Notes under the pieces: model-generated
What the model saw: the letters and a program-made list of their open reading frames with translations, nothing else
Told to the model about the DNA's origin: nothing
Database searches by the model: none
Shown: positions 28,365 through 39,915 of the stretch, in pieces
Layout: every line of letters starts with the position of its first letter
Numbering within the stretch: position 1 is the stretch's first letter
Position numbers and translations under genes: made by a program
Source: Candidatus Dormiibacterota bacterium
GTDB lineage: Bacteria; Methylomirabilota; Methylomirabilia; Rokubacteriales; CSP1-6
DNA length: 46,541 bases
Reading direction: 5' to 3'
Assembly (NCBI GenBank): GCA_035569855.1
Contig: DATMMH010000229.1
Location: forward strand, 1 to 46,541

Positions 28365-29377
28365 CTAGAGCCCCCGCCCCACCGCCTCCGCCACCGGGCG
28401 CAGCTCGCGCATCAGCTGGGCGAACTTCGTCGGTTTGAGCGACTGGGGCCCGTCCGAGAGTGCCTCCTCCGGCCGCGGGTGCACCTCGATGATCAGCCCG
28501 TCCGCTCCGCAGGCCACCGCCCCCTTGGCCATCGGCGCGACCAGGTCCCAGTGACCGGTACCGTGCGAGGGATCCACCACGACCGGAAGGTGGCAGAGCT
28601 TCTTCAATACCGGGACCGCGTTGAGATCCAGCGTGAACCGGGTCGCGGTCTCGAAGGTGCGGATGCCGCGCTCGCAGAGGATGACGTTGGGATTGCCGGC
28701 GGAGAGGATGTACTCGGCCGAGAGCAGGAACTCCTGGATGCTGGTCGCCATCCCCCGCTTGAGCAGGACCGGCTTGCCGATCTCACCCACCCGGCGCAGC
28801 AGCGTGAAGTTCTGGATGTTGCGGGCGCCGATTTGAAGGATGTCGCTGTACTCCGCGACCACCTCCACGCTCTCCGTCTCGAGCACCTCGGTGACCACCG
28901 GCAGCCCGGTGCGCTTGCGCGCCTCCGCCAGGTAGCGCAGCCCCTCTTCCTTCAGGCCCTGGAAGGCGTAGGGCGAGGTGCGCGGCTTGTAGGCGCCGCC
29001 CCTCAGGATCTTGGCTCCCGATCCCTTGACCGCGTCCGCCACCTCCAGCATCTGGGCCTGCGACTCCACCGAGCATGGTCCCGCCATCACGACCACGTCG
29101 TGGCCACCGACCGTGACCCCGTTGATGCGCACCTCGGTCGATTCGCGGCGCACCTCGCGGCTGGCCAGCTTGAACGGCTGTTGCACCGGCATGACCGACT
29201 CGACCGTCTCCATCGCCTCGAGCAGGCGCAGATCGGGACGGCCCCGCTCCTCGCCCACCGCGGCGACGATGGTCTTGAACTCCCCGCGGATCACGTGCGG
29301 ACCGTAGCCCATCTCGGTGATCCGGCGGCACACCTCGTCCACGTCGGCGTCGTTGATCCCGGACTTGAGCACGATGA

Positions 29378-29381
<4 letters not shown>
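28365..29381 (-). CDS. 3-deoxy-7-phosphoheptulonate (DAHP) synthase, type I-beta with N-terminal ACT/ferredoxin-like regulatory domain (paralog 1)
   Basis: The ATG at 29381 begins MIIVLKSG. Contains [23 protein letters not shown] and DPSHGTG. 338 aa. The ATGA overlap with paralog 2 is at 29378-29381. Confidence 0.9.
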
Positions 29382-30394
<1,013 letters not shown>

Positions 30395-30410
30395 GGCCAC
30401 CCTCCTGGTT

Positions 30411-30447
30411 AAAAGTAAAAACGCCGCGGGCCGGTTGGCCGCGGCGT
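30411..30447 (-). terminator. strong intrinsic terminator (attenuator) immediately upstream of the DAHP synthase RBS
   Basis: On the minus strand, GACGCCGCGGCC-aacc-GGCCCGCGGCGT forms an 11-12 bp GC stem with one bulge, followed by TTTTTACTTTT. It ends ~6 nt before the SD, which leaves no room for a promoter. Confidence 0.65.
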
Positions 30448-30634
30448 CTGTCTTTTCTCTGGCGCCACGGCCGGCGGTTCGTCCGCCCGTGGCTCCTTGG
30501 AACTAGCTCATCGGAGCCAGGAGGCGGACGGGGGGAAAGTAAAAATACGACCGCCACGCGCTGTGGCTGCTGGCCGTGGTCCCCGTTCCCGTCGTGCTCA
30601 CCGGCTCGAACCCTCCATGGAGCAAAGTGGCCAG

Positions 30635-30663
30635 AGTCTACGGGCCCGGCTTCTCCCTGTCAA
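30635..30663 (-). promoter_or_regulatory. candidate sigma70 promoter for the DAHP synthase leader
   Basis: On the minus strand, TTGACA (30663-30658), a 17-nt spacer and TAGACT (30640-30635), overlapping the stop codon of the upstream TVP38 gene. It predicts a ~230-nt leader. Confidence 0.4.
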
Positions 30664-31393
30664 GCTCCCTGTCGGGGGCCTCGCTCGGGGCCGCGGTGCG
30701 AGCCGCGCTGCGCCCCTGGAACCAGGTCACGATCCGGTGACGATAGTAATAGAGGGGAAGGGCCACCGCGACCGCGACCGCCGAGACCAGGATCGCCTGC
30801 ATGTAGTCCCCGGTGGCGGTGTGGGCCCCCTGGGCCGAGAGCACCCAGGTACCCGGAATGCGCCCCAGCCCCGACACGACCGCGAACACCCAGAGGGGCA
30901 TCGGGCTGATCCCGAAGAGATAGCAGACGATGTCTTTGGGCAGGCCCGGGATCAGGAAGATGATGAAGCACAGCACCGTCCCCTCGGCCTCCACGACGAA
31001 GCCGAGCCGGTTCCACGTCTCGGCGCTGACCAGGTTCTTGACGTAGTGGGCACCCAGCCAGCGCCCGATCGCGAAGGACACCACCGATCCGATGGTCAAC
31101 CCGATGGTGGAATAGAAGAGGCCCAGCCACTGGCCGAAGAGATAGCCGCCGAGAATGCCGGTGGCCTCACCGGGAATGGGCGAGATGATGACCTGCAAGG
31201 CCTGCAACGCGATGAAGATCACGGGGGCGAGGACGCCCCACTCGCGCAGCGTCTTCTTGAGGAAGTGCTTGTCGACGTAGAGGCGAACCAGGAACTGGTA
31301 GGACGGGGCGTCGGTCCAGACGAGCCACGCGCAGTACCCGCACAGCAGCCCGATCGCGCCGATTCCGATCGCCCAGCGGACCCGCGTGGTCAT
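30638..31393 (-). CDS. TVP38/TMEM64 (DedA-related) family membrane protein
   Basis: A multi-TM protein with [18 protein letters not shown] and GLPKD patterns. I prefer the ATG at 31393 (MTTRVRW) to the track start at 31483. Confidence 0.8.
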   Translation of the reverse strand: MTTRVRWAIGIGAIGLLCGYCAWLVWTDAPSYQFLVRLYVDKHFLKKTLREWGVLAPVIFIALQALQVIISPIPGEATGILGGYLFGQWLGLFYSTIGLTIGSVVSFAIGRWLGAHYVKNLVSAETWNRLGFVVEAEGTVLCFIIFLIPGLPKDIVCYLFGISPMPLWVFAVVSGLGRIPGTWVLSAQGAHTATGDYMQAILVSAVAVAVALPLYYYRHRIVTWFQGRSAARTAAPSEAPDRELDREKPGP

Positions 31394-31463
31394 CGCATCC
31401 GCGATTTCGAGGGAGGCATCGGCGTTGACACCTCGATCATCGTCATCCTGGGACCATCTCCGA

Positions 31464-32531
31464 TCAGGTCGCCGCGGGCACACCCAGTCCGGGATGCCCG
31501 AACCAGCCGTAGCGCGGCCACCACCGCGGCAGGAACGGTTGCGTCGCCGCGATCTCGGTGACCACCGCGAACCAGCGCGTCGGCGTGTGGGCCGCCATCC
31601 ACTGGCCGAACTGGAGCATCCGGTAGGGCCGACGGTAGCGCGCCACCACCCGCCGGTAGATATCGAGCCCGGCCTCCAGGGTCAGGGCCCCGTCGAGCAC
31701 CCGCTGGACGATCCGCCCACACTCGCCGCCGAAGTACAGCGCCGGGCGAATGCCCTCGGCGGTCAGCGGCAGGCACTGACCCGCCGCGTCGCCGACCGCG
31801 AACACCCCGCCGGTGGTCGGCCGAAGCAGCCGGTTCGGGAAATAGGTGCCGTGGTACGAACCGGCCGCGGTGCCCTGGTCCCGTAGGAGCCGCTCGAGCG
31901 CGGGCTTGAGCTTGGACCGTCCGGCGTACGAGCCCAGGCCGATGAGGCTGCCGCTGCCCACCGGAAAGATCCAGCCGAGCCCCTGCGGGATCAGCCGCCG
32001 GTCGAGAAGGAACGTGAGTCCCTCGTCCCGGAGACTGGTCCGGGTCTCAAGCCCAAAGGAGTGATGGCGGGCCGGCTCCCCGGCCTCTCCTCCGGTCAAC
32101 GCACGACGCCACCCCGAGCAGTCCACGATGACCGGCGCGGTGAAGCGGCCCTCGCCGGTCACCACCGCTCCATCCTGGATTCCCGACACCGAGGTACGCA
32201 AGAAGCGCACGCGGCACTGCGCCAGCAGGCCCTCGCAGAAAGCCCGGTAGTCGAAGGTGCAGAAGGGTACCGCGGAGAGATCGTAGCGGACGGTGCGGGT
32301 CGGCGTCCGGATCACCAGCCGGTCGTGCACCTGCAGGACGCTCGCCGCCACGCCGAGGGCCTCCGGCACCCAGAGCGGAGTCCCGCAGGCGGAGGTCTGA
32401 ACGGCGCCGACCTCGTTCCGGTCGAGCAACAGCACTTTCCCCCGCAACTCACGGGCGACGGCGAGGCCGGCGAAGCTGGCCCCCACCACGATGGCGTCGT
32501 AGTCTCGGGCGGGCATCTTCAGCCACAGCAT
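31464..32531 (-). CDS. FAD-dependent oxidoreductase (geranylgeranyl reductase-like)
   Basis: It has an N-terminal dinucleotide-binding motif YDAIVVGASFAGLAVARE and a later GDAAG motif. 355 aa. Confidence 0.72.
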   Translation of the reverse strand: MLWLKMPARDYDAIVVGASFAGLAVARELRGKVLLLDRNEVGAVQTSACGTPLWVPEALGVAASVLQVHDRLVIRTPTRTVRYDLSAVPFCTFDYRAFCEGLLAQCRVRFLRTSVSGIQDGAVVTGEGRFTAPVIVDCSGWRRALTGGEAGEPARHHSFGLETRTSLRDEGLTFLLDRRLIPQGLGWIFPVGSGSLIGLGSYAGRSKLKPALERLLRDQGTAAGSYHGTYFPNRLLRPTTGGVFAVGDAAGQCLPLTAEGIRPALYFGGECGRIVQRVLDGALTLEAGLDIYRRVVARYRRPYRMLQFGQWMAAHTPTRWFAVVTEIAATQPFLPRWWPRYGWFGHPGLGVPAAT

Positions 32532-32556
32532 ACCCGAATCCCCGCGAGAAAAGGGA

Positions 32557-33654
32557 TCAAGCCTCGGGTCCGACGGGTCGGCGCCGCCGAGCCGCGGTCT
32601 CGCGCAGGGTGCCCAGCACGCCCTTTGGGAAGAAGAAGACGACCAGCACGAACAGGATGCCGAAATAGAGCAGCCAGCGCTCGGACAAGCGCTGCATGAT
32701 CTCCGAGCCCGCGAACATCGACGCCCCCACGCCGCGGAGATTGGGCAGGAGGGTGCGGGCGGACAGCAGGAAGGCGGCGCCCACGATGCCGCCGTAGAGC
32801 GTCCCGATCCCGCCGATGATCACCATCAAGAGCACGTCGAGCATGATCGGAATGCCCAGCGCAGATTCCGGATTCACGTAACGCACCCACATCGTGTAGC
32901 CGCCGCCGAGCACCGCGGCGATCACGCTCCCGAAGGACGTGGCCACGAGCTGGAACGCGAAGGTACGATACCCGAGCGCCTCCGCGCGCAGCGCGTTGTC
33001 GCGGATCGCCTGGAGCGTGCGACCGAGCGGCGAGCGCACGAAGCGACTCATGAGCAGGAAACACCCCAGGCAGATCAGGAGCACCGCGTAGTACGTGACG
33101 AGCCGGCTGCCGAGCCCGAAGGGGCCGGTCGCGCCCGCCGCGAGCGCCCCGGGCAGCTTCGGAGAGAGCCCGTCCTCGCCGCCCGAGAGCTGACTCCACT
33201 GCGTGGCCAGGATCAGCGCGAACTCCGCGAACGCGAGCGTGATCATGGCGAAGAAGAGCGCCTTCACCCGCAGCGAGAACGCCCCGATGATCAGCGCGAG
33301 GAGACCGGAGAGCACGATCCCGGCCAGGAAGCCCAGGGCGAGGTGGCCGTAGGTGGGCGCGCCGAGCTTGCCCATGGCCAGGGCCACCGTGTAGGCGCCG
33401 ACACCGAAGAACATCGCGTGCCCGAACGAGACGATGCCGGTGTAGCCGAGCACCACGTCGTAGCTCGCGGCGAGCGTCGCGAACAGCGCGATCTTCAGCG
33501 CCAGGTCCAGCAACTGGAAGGACGGCGCGGCCGCGGGCAAGAGGGCCCACGCGAGCACCAGCGCCAGCCGCAGGCAGCGGGTCGGCTGCCGCCAGCGCCC
33601 CCGCCGCGCCGCCGCGCGCGCGGCCTGGACCGGGGTCACCGCGACCACGCTCAC
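32557..33654 (-). CDS. livM: branched-chain amino acid ABC transporter permease (LivM type)
   Basis: The GTG at 33654 overlaps the livH stop (GTGA). Contains GYTGIVSFGHAMFFGVGAY, with ~10 TM helices. Confidence 0.88.
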   Translation of the reverse strand: MSVVAVTPVQAARAAARRGRWRQPTRCLRLALVLAWALLPAAAPSFQLLDLALKIALFATLAASYDVVLGYTGIVSFGHAMFFGVGAYTVALAMGKLGAPTYGHLALGFLAGIVLSGLLALIIGAFSLRVKALFFAMITLAFAEFALILATQWSQLSGGEDGLSPKLPGALAAGATGPFGLGSRLVTYYAVLLICLGCFLLMSRFVRSPLGRTLQAIRDNALRAEALGYRTFAFQLVATSFGSVIAAVLGGGYTMWVRYVNPESALGIPIMLDVLLMVIIGGIGTLYGGIVGAAFLLSARTLLPNLRGVGASMFAGSEIMQRLSERWLLYFGILFVLVVFFFPKGVLGTLRETAARRRRPVGPEA

Positions 33655-34625
33655 TTGCCGCTCCCGAAGAGCCCGGTGGGCCGCACCAGCAGCACCAGCA
33701 CCATGATCGCCATGGTCACGCCGATGGCCGCCTTGGGGACGAGGTAGGCGACGTAGTTGTAGGAGAGGCCGACGAGGAGCGCGCCTACCAGAGAGCCGGT
33801 GACGCTCCCGAGACCGCCGATGATCACCACGATGAACGCGAAGATGAGCTGTTCGCCTCCCATCGACGGTCGGATGGACTGGTTGAACATGCCCCACATG
33901 AGCCCGCCCAGCCCCGCCAGCGCCGAGCCCGCCGCGAACACCCCGGTGAAGTAGCGGAGGATGTCGTGGCCCATCACCTGCACCATCTCGCTGTTCTCGA
34001 CGCCCGCCCGCACGATCAGCCCCACCCGGGTGCGGCCGAGCAGCCACCGCATGCCCGCGTAGACGAGGACGCCGAGCCCGATCGCCAGCACCGGAAAGCG
34101 CAGCATCACGACGTCGGCCACGTCCCACGAGCCCTGGAAGGCGGTCGGCACCGGCATCACCTGGTCGTTCGGCCCCCAGACGATGCGGATCAGCTCCTCG
34201 AGCACGATGGTGGCGCCGAGCGTGATCAGGATCTGGAAGAGGTGCTGGCCGTAGACGGGCCGCACGATGACCCGCTCGAGCGCGATCCCGAGCACGAAGG
34301 CCACCACCGCGGCGCCCGCCACCGCGAGCAGGAGCAGGCCCGCGTTGGCCAGCACCGACGGGGAGGCCGCCCAGCCCCAGCGCCCATTCACCAGCAGGAT
34401 CACCGTGAAGCCCGCGTAGGCGCCCCACGCGAAGAGCGCGCCGTGGGCGAAGTTGAGCACGTCCATGAGCCCGAAGATCAAGGTGAGGCCCGCCGCCACC
34501 AGGAAGATGAGCATGCCCATGGCGAGCCCGGCCACCGTGAGCGTGAGCCAGGCCCGCGGCTCGATGGCGGTGAGCGGCAGCAGGAGCAGCGCCAGCCCCA
34601 GGAGCGGCCCCACCGCGCGCCTCAT
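33651..34625 (-). CDS. livH: branched-chain amino acid ABC transporter permease (LivH type)
   Basis: 324 aa containing GLMDVLNFAHGALF and GGLGSVTGSLVGA. Confidence 0.9.
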   Translation of the reverse strand: MRRAVGPLLGLALLLLPLTAIEPRAWLTLTVAGLAMGMLIFLVAAGLTLIFGLMDVLNFAHGALFAWGAYAGFTVILLVNGRWGWAASPSVLANAGLLLLAVAGAAVVAFVLGIALERVIVRPVYGQHLFQILITLGATIVLEELIRIVWGPNDQVMPVPTAFQGSWDVADVVMLRFPVLAIGLGVLVYAGMRWLLGRTRVGLIVRAGVENSEMVQVMGHDILRYFTGVFAAGSALAGLGGLMWGMFNQSIRPSMGGEQLIFAFIVVIIGGLGSVTGSLVGALLVGLSYNYVAYLVPKAAIGVTMAIMVLVLLVRPTGLFGSGK

Positions 34626-35318
34626 ATGCCGAGATACTTCCGCTTGAGCGCATGGTCCGTCGCGAGCGCGGCCATCGGGCCCGCGTGCACGGTGCGCCCG
34701 TCGTCCATCACGTAGCAGTCGTCGCCGAGGCGGCTCGCCATCGAGAAGTTCTGCTCCACCAGCACCACGGTGGCGTGCCGCTTCATGGCCCGGAGCGCGC
34801 CGATCAGGTGCTCGACCACGATCGGCGCGAGCCCCTTGGACGGCTCGTCGATCAGGAGCAGCCGCGCCGGGTTGACCAGCGCGCGCCCGATGGCCAGCAT
34901 CTGCTTCTGGCCGCCCGAGAGCGTGCCCGCGCGGGCCTGACGGAAGCGCTCGAGATCGGGAAAGAGAGTCAGGACGTCTCGCATCCGCTCGCGGCTGTCC
35001 GCGGTCTCGGCGAGCATGGCCACGCGCAGGTTCTCCTCCACGGTCAGGGTCGCGAAGATCCCCTGCCCCTCCGGCACGTAGCCGATGCCGAGCCGGGCGA
35101 TGGCGTGGGGCGGCAGCTCGTGGATCGGCCGGCCGTCGAAGCGGACCGTGCCCCGCCGTGGGCGCAGCACGCCCATGATCGTGCGCATCGTGGTGGTCTT
35201 GCCCGCGCCGTTGCGCCCGAGCAATACCGTGACCGCGTCGGGCCGCACCCGCAGCGACACCCCCTGCAGGATGTGATGCTGCCCGATGTCCGTGTGCACG
35301 TCTTCCAGTTCGAGGAGA

Positions 35319-35326
<8 letters not shown>
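34622..35326 (-). CDS. livF: ABC transporter ATP-binding protein (LivF type)
   Basis: Walker A GRNGAGKTT, signature LSGGQKQ and Walker B LLLIDEPS. 234 aa. Confidence 0.92.
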
Positions 35327-36094
<768 letters not shown>

Positions 36095-36098
<4 letters not shown>

Positions 36099-36937
36099 GT
36101 CCCCTTGAGGAACGCGCGTAGGGCGGCCTTGACCTTCGGGTGCTGGCCGAGCAGTACCGTGTAGTGGTTCGTCCCCGGCACCACGACGAGCTTCGATCGC
36201 GAGATGGCGCGGGCCATCGCGTTCGCCTCCTCCGGCGTCATCAGGCAGTCGCTGGGCGTGAGGAGGCCCTCGGGCGCCCGCAGGATCAGGGTGGGCGCCT
36301 TCACCTGGTGGTGCCAGACCCAGAGCCGCTCCCGCTCCTGGTTGGCGATCTCCTCCTCGATGGCGCGGCGGGCCGCCTTGGAGCGGACCGTGCCGGCCGG
36401 GAGCACCTCCACGTCGTAGCGGAAGTAGCGCTCGAGGTAGCCGTTCCAGCGCCCTTCGAACATCGGCAGCATCCGCACAAACCCGAGGAACATGTCGAGC
36501 GAAGGGAACTCGACCCCGAGGCGATCGATGGCGGGCCGCAGCGACTCCAGCACCTCGTGGCGAACGTCGAGGCCGCCGTCCACGAGCACGAGCCGCGAGA
36601 CCCGCTCCGGATGCTTCGCGGCGAACCGCACGGCGATGTGAGCGCCCAGCGAGTGGCCGATCAGGACCGCCTTCTTCAGGCCGAAGTGGTCGAGCAGCCC
36701 TCCCAGATCCTCGTCGTGGTGCGCGAGGCTGTAGCCCTTCTCCGGCTTGTCGCTCTCGCCCCGCCCCCGCAGATCGTAAGCGATCAGTCGATGGGCCGGC
36801 GCGAGCACGTCGGCCACGCTGGCCCAGCAGGTGTGATTCGCGGTGAGCCCGTGGATGCAGACGATCGCCGGGCCCTTGCCGGAGCCCGGCCATTCCTCGA
36901 CCGCGAGCGAGACGGAGCCGACCGCGACGCGACGCAT
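36095..36937 (-). CDS. alpha/beta hydrolase
   Basis: 280 aa with IHGLTAN and the nucleophile elbow GHSLGA. It sits between the Liv-type binding protein and the ATPase genes. Confidence 0.85.
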
Positions 36938-36942
36938 TCGAC

Positions 36943-38154
36943 TCAGCGCTTGTTGGTGATCGCGGGCGCGGTCTCCGACGGGGAGAGCTCGCGGGTCAGG
37001 GTCGGCACGAGCCAGGCCACGTCGGGCTTGGAGACCATCTTGAACGCGTACATGCTCTGCAGCGCCTGGTGGTCCTCCTTGCGGAAGGTCATCTTGCCCT
37101 TCGGGGTCTGGAACTCGAGCCCCTCCATCGCGGCGACGAGCTTTTCGGGGTCGGTCCCCCCCGCCTTCTGGATGCCCGCCACCGCGGCCATCGCGGCCGC
37201 GAAGCCGCCGCAGGTGAAGAAGTCGGGCGGCTCGTTGAAGCGCTTGACGTGCTCGCGCACCAGCCAGTCGTTCACCGGGTTCTTGGGGATCTCGTAGTAG
37301 TAGTAGGCTCCGCCCACCATGCCCTCGAGCTTCATGCTTTTCATCGCCTTGAGCACGTCCAGGACATTGCTACCGCTGGTCAGCGTGATGCCGTACTTGT
37401 CCAGGCGGTTGTCCACCAGCTGCGGAAACGGCCCGCCCTTGCCGGCCCAGATCACGAACACGTACTTCGGCCCCGACTTGTCCTTGAGCGCCCCGATGAT
37501 CTTCTGGATCGGCGCGGTGAAGTCGGTGGCGGTGGTCGGGGTGTACTCCTCGTGCACCACCTGGGCCCCCGCCTTCTCGACCGCGGCCTTGTAGGCGGCG
37601 ACGCCTTCTCGTCCGAACGCGTAGTCCTGCGCGATCGTAGCGATCGACACGCCGGGCTTGGCCACCGCGAGCGCGTTGGCGATGGCGTCCTGGGTGGAGT
37701 TGCGGGCGGTGCGGAAGACGTAGCGGTTCCAGTTCTCCCCGGTAATGCTGTCGGCCACCGCCGGCTCCACGATCAGCACCTTCTTGAACTCGGCGGCCAC
37801 CGGCAGCACCGCGAGGGCGGCCGCGCTGGAGGTGGTTCCCACGATCAAGTCGACCTTGTCGTCGGCGTAGAGCTTGGTGACCTTCTGCTTGGCCACGTCG
37901 GGCTTCAGCTGATCGTCCTCCTCGATGACCACGATCTTGCGACCCAGCACTTCTCCCTTGCCCGCGGTCGCGTACTCGAGCCCCAGATCGAAGCCGCGCT
38001 TGGCCTGCTTGGCGTAGACCTCGAGCGCGCCGGTGAAGCCCTGCACCAGGCCGACCTTGATCGGGGCCTGGGCCCGCGCGACGGAGGGGCTGACCGCGGC
38101 CACGAGGGCGAGCGCGAGGGCGGTGGAGAAGCGGACCAGTCTCGGCATCGTCAT
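36943..38154 (-). CDS. branched-chain amino acid ABC transporter substrate-binding protein (LivJ/K-like)
   Basis: The ATG at 38154 is preceded by GGGAGGG 7 nt upstream. There is a signal peptide (ALALALVAAVSPSVARA) and a type I periplasmic binding fold pattern. Confidence 0.88.
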   Translation of the reverse strand: MTMPRLVRFSTALALALVAAVSPSVARAQAPIKVGLVQGFTGALEVYAKQAKRGFDLGLEYATAGKGEVLGRKIVVIEEDDQLKPDVAKQKVTKLYADDKVDLIVGTTSSAAALAVLPVAAEFKKVLIVEPAVADSITGENWNRYVFRTARNSTQDAIANALAVAKPGVSIATIAQDYAFGREGVAAYKAAVEKAGAQVVHEEYTPTTATDFTAPIQKIIGALKDKSGPKYVFVIWAGKGGPFPQLVDNRLDKYGITLTSGSNVLDVLKAMKSMKLEGMVGGAYYYYEIPKNPVNDWLVREHVKRFNEPPDFFTCGGFAAAMAAVAGIQKAGGTDPEKLVAAMEGLEFQTPKGKMTFRKEDHQALQSMYAFKMVSKPDVAWLVPTLTRELSPSETAPAITNKR

Positions 38155-38191
38155 GAATGATCCCTCCCGTTGGAACATTTGCGGCTCGATG

Positions 38192-38821
38192 TCACTCTCC
38201 CAGGAACCAGCGACGCCGGGCCAGCGGCCCGTAGCTGAGCCCGAACCGGCGCATGGCCACCGCGGTGACCCACTCCACCGCTTCCGCGGGCGAGTCGGTC
38301 ACCCTCAGGCGCTGCTCGTCCCCGGGGTCGATGGTGCCCTCGACCAGGAGGCGGTTCCGGATGAAGTCGATGAGCGGGCGCCAGTAGTCGCGCCCGATGA
38401 GCACGATCGGGTATTCCAGGATCTTGCCGGTCTGCACCAGGGTGGCGATCTCGAACGTCTCGTCGAGCGTGCCGAAGCCCCCGGGCAGCGCGAGGAACGC
38501 GTAGGAGTACTTGGCCAGCATCACCTTGCGCACGAAGAAGTGGCGAAAGGTGATCCAGCGATCGAGGTACTCGTTCGGCCGCTGCTCCCGCGGCAGCTCG
38601 ATGTTGCAGCCGATGGAGTGGCCGCCCGCCTCGCGGGCGCCCCGGTTCACCGCCTCCATCAGGCCGGGCCCGCCCCCGGTCATGACCGTGAAGCCGACGC
38701 GGGCCAGCCGGGCCCCCAGGTCGCGGCCCAGCTCGTAATAAGGATGGCCGGCCTTGAACCGGGCGGAGCCGAACACGCTGACGCAGGGCCCGACGAAGTG
38801 CAGCGCCCGGAAGCCCCGCAT
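38192..38821 (-). CDS. LOG family / TIGR00730 Rossmann-fold nucleotide-binding protein
   Basis: Contains VFGSARF, MTGGGPGLMEA and PGGFGTLDE motifs. The true start may lie upstream (see findings). Confidence 0.85.
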   Translation of the reverse strand: MRGFRALHFVGPCVSVFGSARFKAGHPYYELGRDLGARLARVGFTVMTGGGPGLMEAVNRGAREAGGHSIGCNIELPREQRPNEYLDRWITFRHFFVRKVMLAKYSYAFLALPGGFGTLDETFEIATLVQTGKILEYPIVLIGRDYWRPLIDFIRNRLLVEGTIDPGDEQRLRVTDSPAEAVEWVTAVAMRRFGLSYGPLARRRWFLGE

Positions 38822-38976
38822 GAACTCCCAGAAGATGCGAACGGCCCGGGCCAGCTCGAAGGAGCGCGGCTGCGGGCCCTGGAGGAAGCGGATCTCCTTG
38901 GAGGGCTCGGTCCGCTTGCCCCACTCCGAGCGGTCCGAGGCCGGCGGCGCTTCCGTGATCGGACCGCTCCGCGCCG

Positions 38977-39375
38977 CTACTGGGGGCCGCGAGACGACTG
39001 GACGGTCACCACCGACACGCTGTCGGGCGTGGAATCTTCCCGCGGCCGATAGCTGGCGGTGTAGCCGAGGGCCAGCGAGAAGTGGCCGGTGGGACTCTCG
39101 TCGCCGCCGTGGGGGCGCGCCGTGGTCGGGCGCGCCGCGTCCTCGGACTCGGCCATCGCGTTGAGCTGGGTGAGCAGCGGCCCCAGCTCCATGACGTTCT
39201 GCCGCGCGAAGTCGCCCACCGTGAGCCCGGGGAAGCGCGCGTACAGATCGTGCAGCTGGTCCACGTAGAGGCGGCGTCCCTGGGTGAAGATGGGGCCGGT
39301 GCCCGGGTGGCGCGCGAGCACGTCGTTGATCTTCGACTCCGCGGTGACGCGGAGGGGCCCCGGCGCGTCCACCAC
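38977..39375 (-). CDS. hypothetical protein, weak DUF1858-like N-terminal pattern
   Basis: A GTG at 39375 lies 2 nt after the USP stop. KINDVLARHPGTGPIFTQ...LGPLLTQLNA loosely resembles DUF1858/ScdA-N-type domains but has no Cys pair. The C-terminus is low complexity. Confidence 0.4.
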   Translation of the reverse strand: MVDAPGPLRVTAESKINDVLARHPGTGPIFTQGRRLYVDQLHDLYARFPGLTVGDFARQNVMELGPLLTQLNAMAESEDAARPTTARPHGGDESPTGHFSLALGYTASYRPREDSTPDSVSVVTVQSSRGPQ

Positions 39376-39377
39376 GG

Positions 39378-39824
39378 CTACCGCCCGCGCACCGTGAGCA
39401 CGGGGCACGCGGCCATCGAGACCAGGCGGTTGGCCACGCTGCCCAGGAAGAACTTGGCGAGCCCGCTCCGGCCGTGGGTGCCGATCACGAGCAGATCCGC
39501 CTTCTGCGACCGCACCGAGCGCACGATCAGCTCGTGGGGCACCCCTTCGAGCAGTAGCCCGCGCGCCCGCGCCCCCGCTTTCTTGGCCCGGGCCACGATC
39601 GCGTCGAGCCGCCGCCCGGCCTGGCTACGCGCGGAAGCCTCGAGCGTCTCGTAGACCGCCGGGGTCACGTACCCCTCGCCGGGGATCCCGAGGGCGGGCG
39701 GCGTCATCACGTGCAGGATCACGAGCTGGGCCCGATGCATCGTGGCCAGGTCCACCGCGTACTTGAAGGCGCGGGTGGATGCGGGAGAGAAATCGGTCGC
39801 GTGGAGGAGTCGTCGTATCCGCAT
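39378..39824 (-). CDS. universal stress protein (UspA family)
   Basis: 148 aa. The sequence MRIRRLLHATDFSPAS...LVILHV...ADLLVIGTHGRSGLAKFFLGSVA is the classic USP pattern. Confidence 0.88.
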   Translation of the reverse strand: MRIRRLLHATDFSPASTRAFKYAVDLATMHRAQLVILHVMTPPALGIPGEGYVTPAVYETLEASARSQAGRRLDAIVARAKKAGARARGLLLEGVPHELIVRSVRSQKADLLVIGTHGRSGLAKFFLGSVANRLVSMAACPVLTVRGR

Positions 39825-39915
39825 GGCGCTATCTCACAGTGCGCACATCCTACCACGCCGACCGCGGAGGCGCTGAGCGCCCGACGGCAGAGCCGCTCGG
39901 CCCGCGTTTGCTATC

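Noticed and set aside
30536-30581. The first hairpin plus U-tract in the leader interpreted as a second attenuator.
   Set aside because: The stem is short and bulged. It could simply be the terminator of the upstream TVP38 gene if the promoter call at 30635-30663 is wrong. I therefore report it only as part of the leader finding.
30598-30618. 6-codon ORF (MEGSSR) in the DAHP synthase leader as a possible attenuation leader peptide, and the possibility that the leader is a T-box.
   Set aside because: The peptide contains no Phe, Tyr or Trp codons and has no obvious SD. I could not find a specifier-loop/K-turn Stem I or the conserved T-box sequence. The resemblance of GUGGCGCC to the T-box core is too weak.
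39825-39915. Short palindromic ends (gcgc...gcgc) upstream of the USP gene as a possible operator.
   Set aside because: There are only 4-bp arms, which is indistinguishable from chance in GC-rich DNA.
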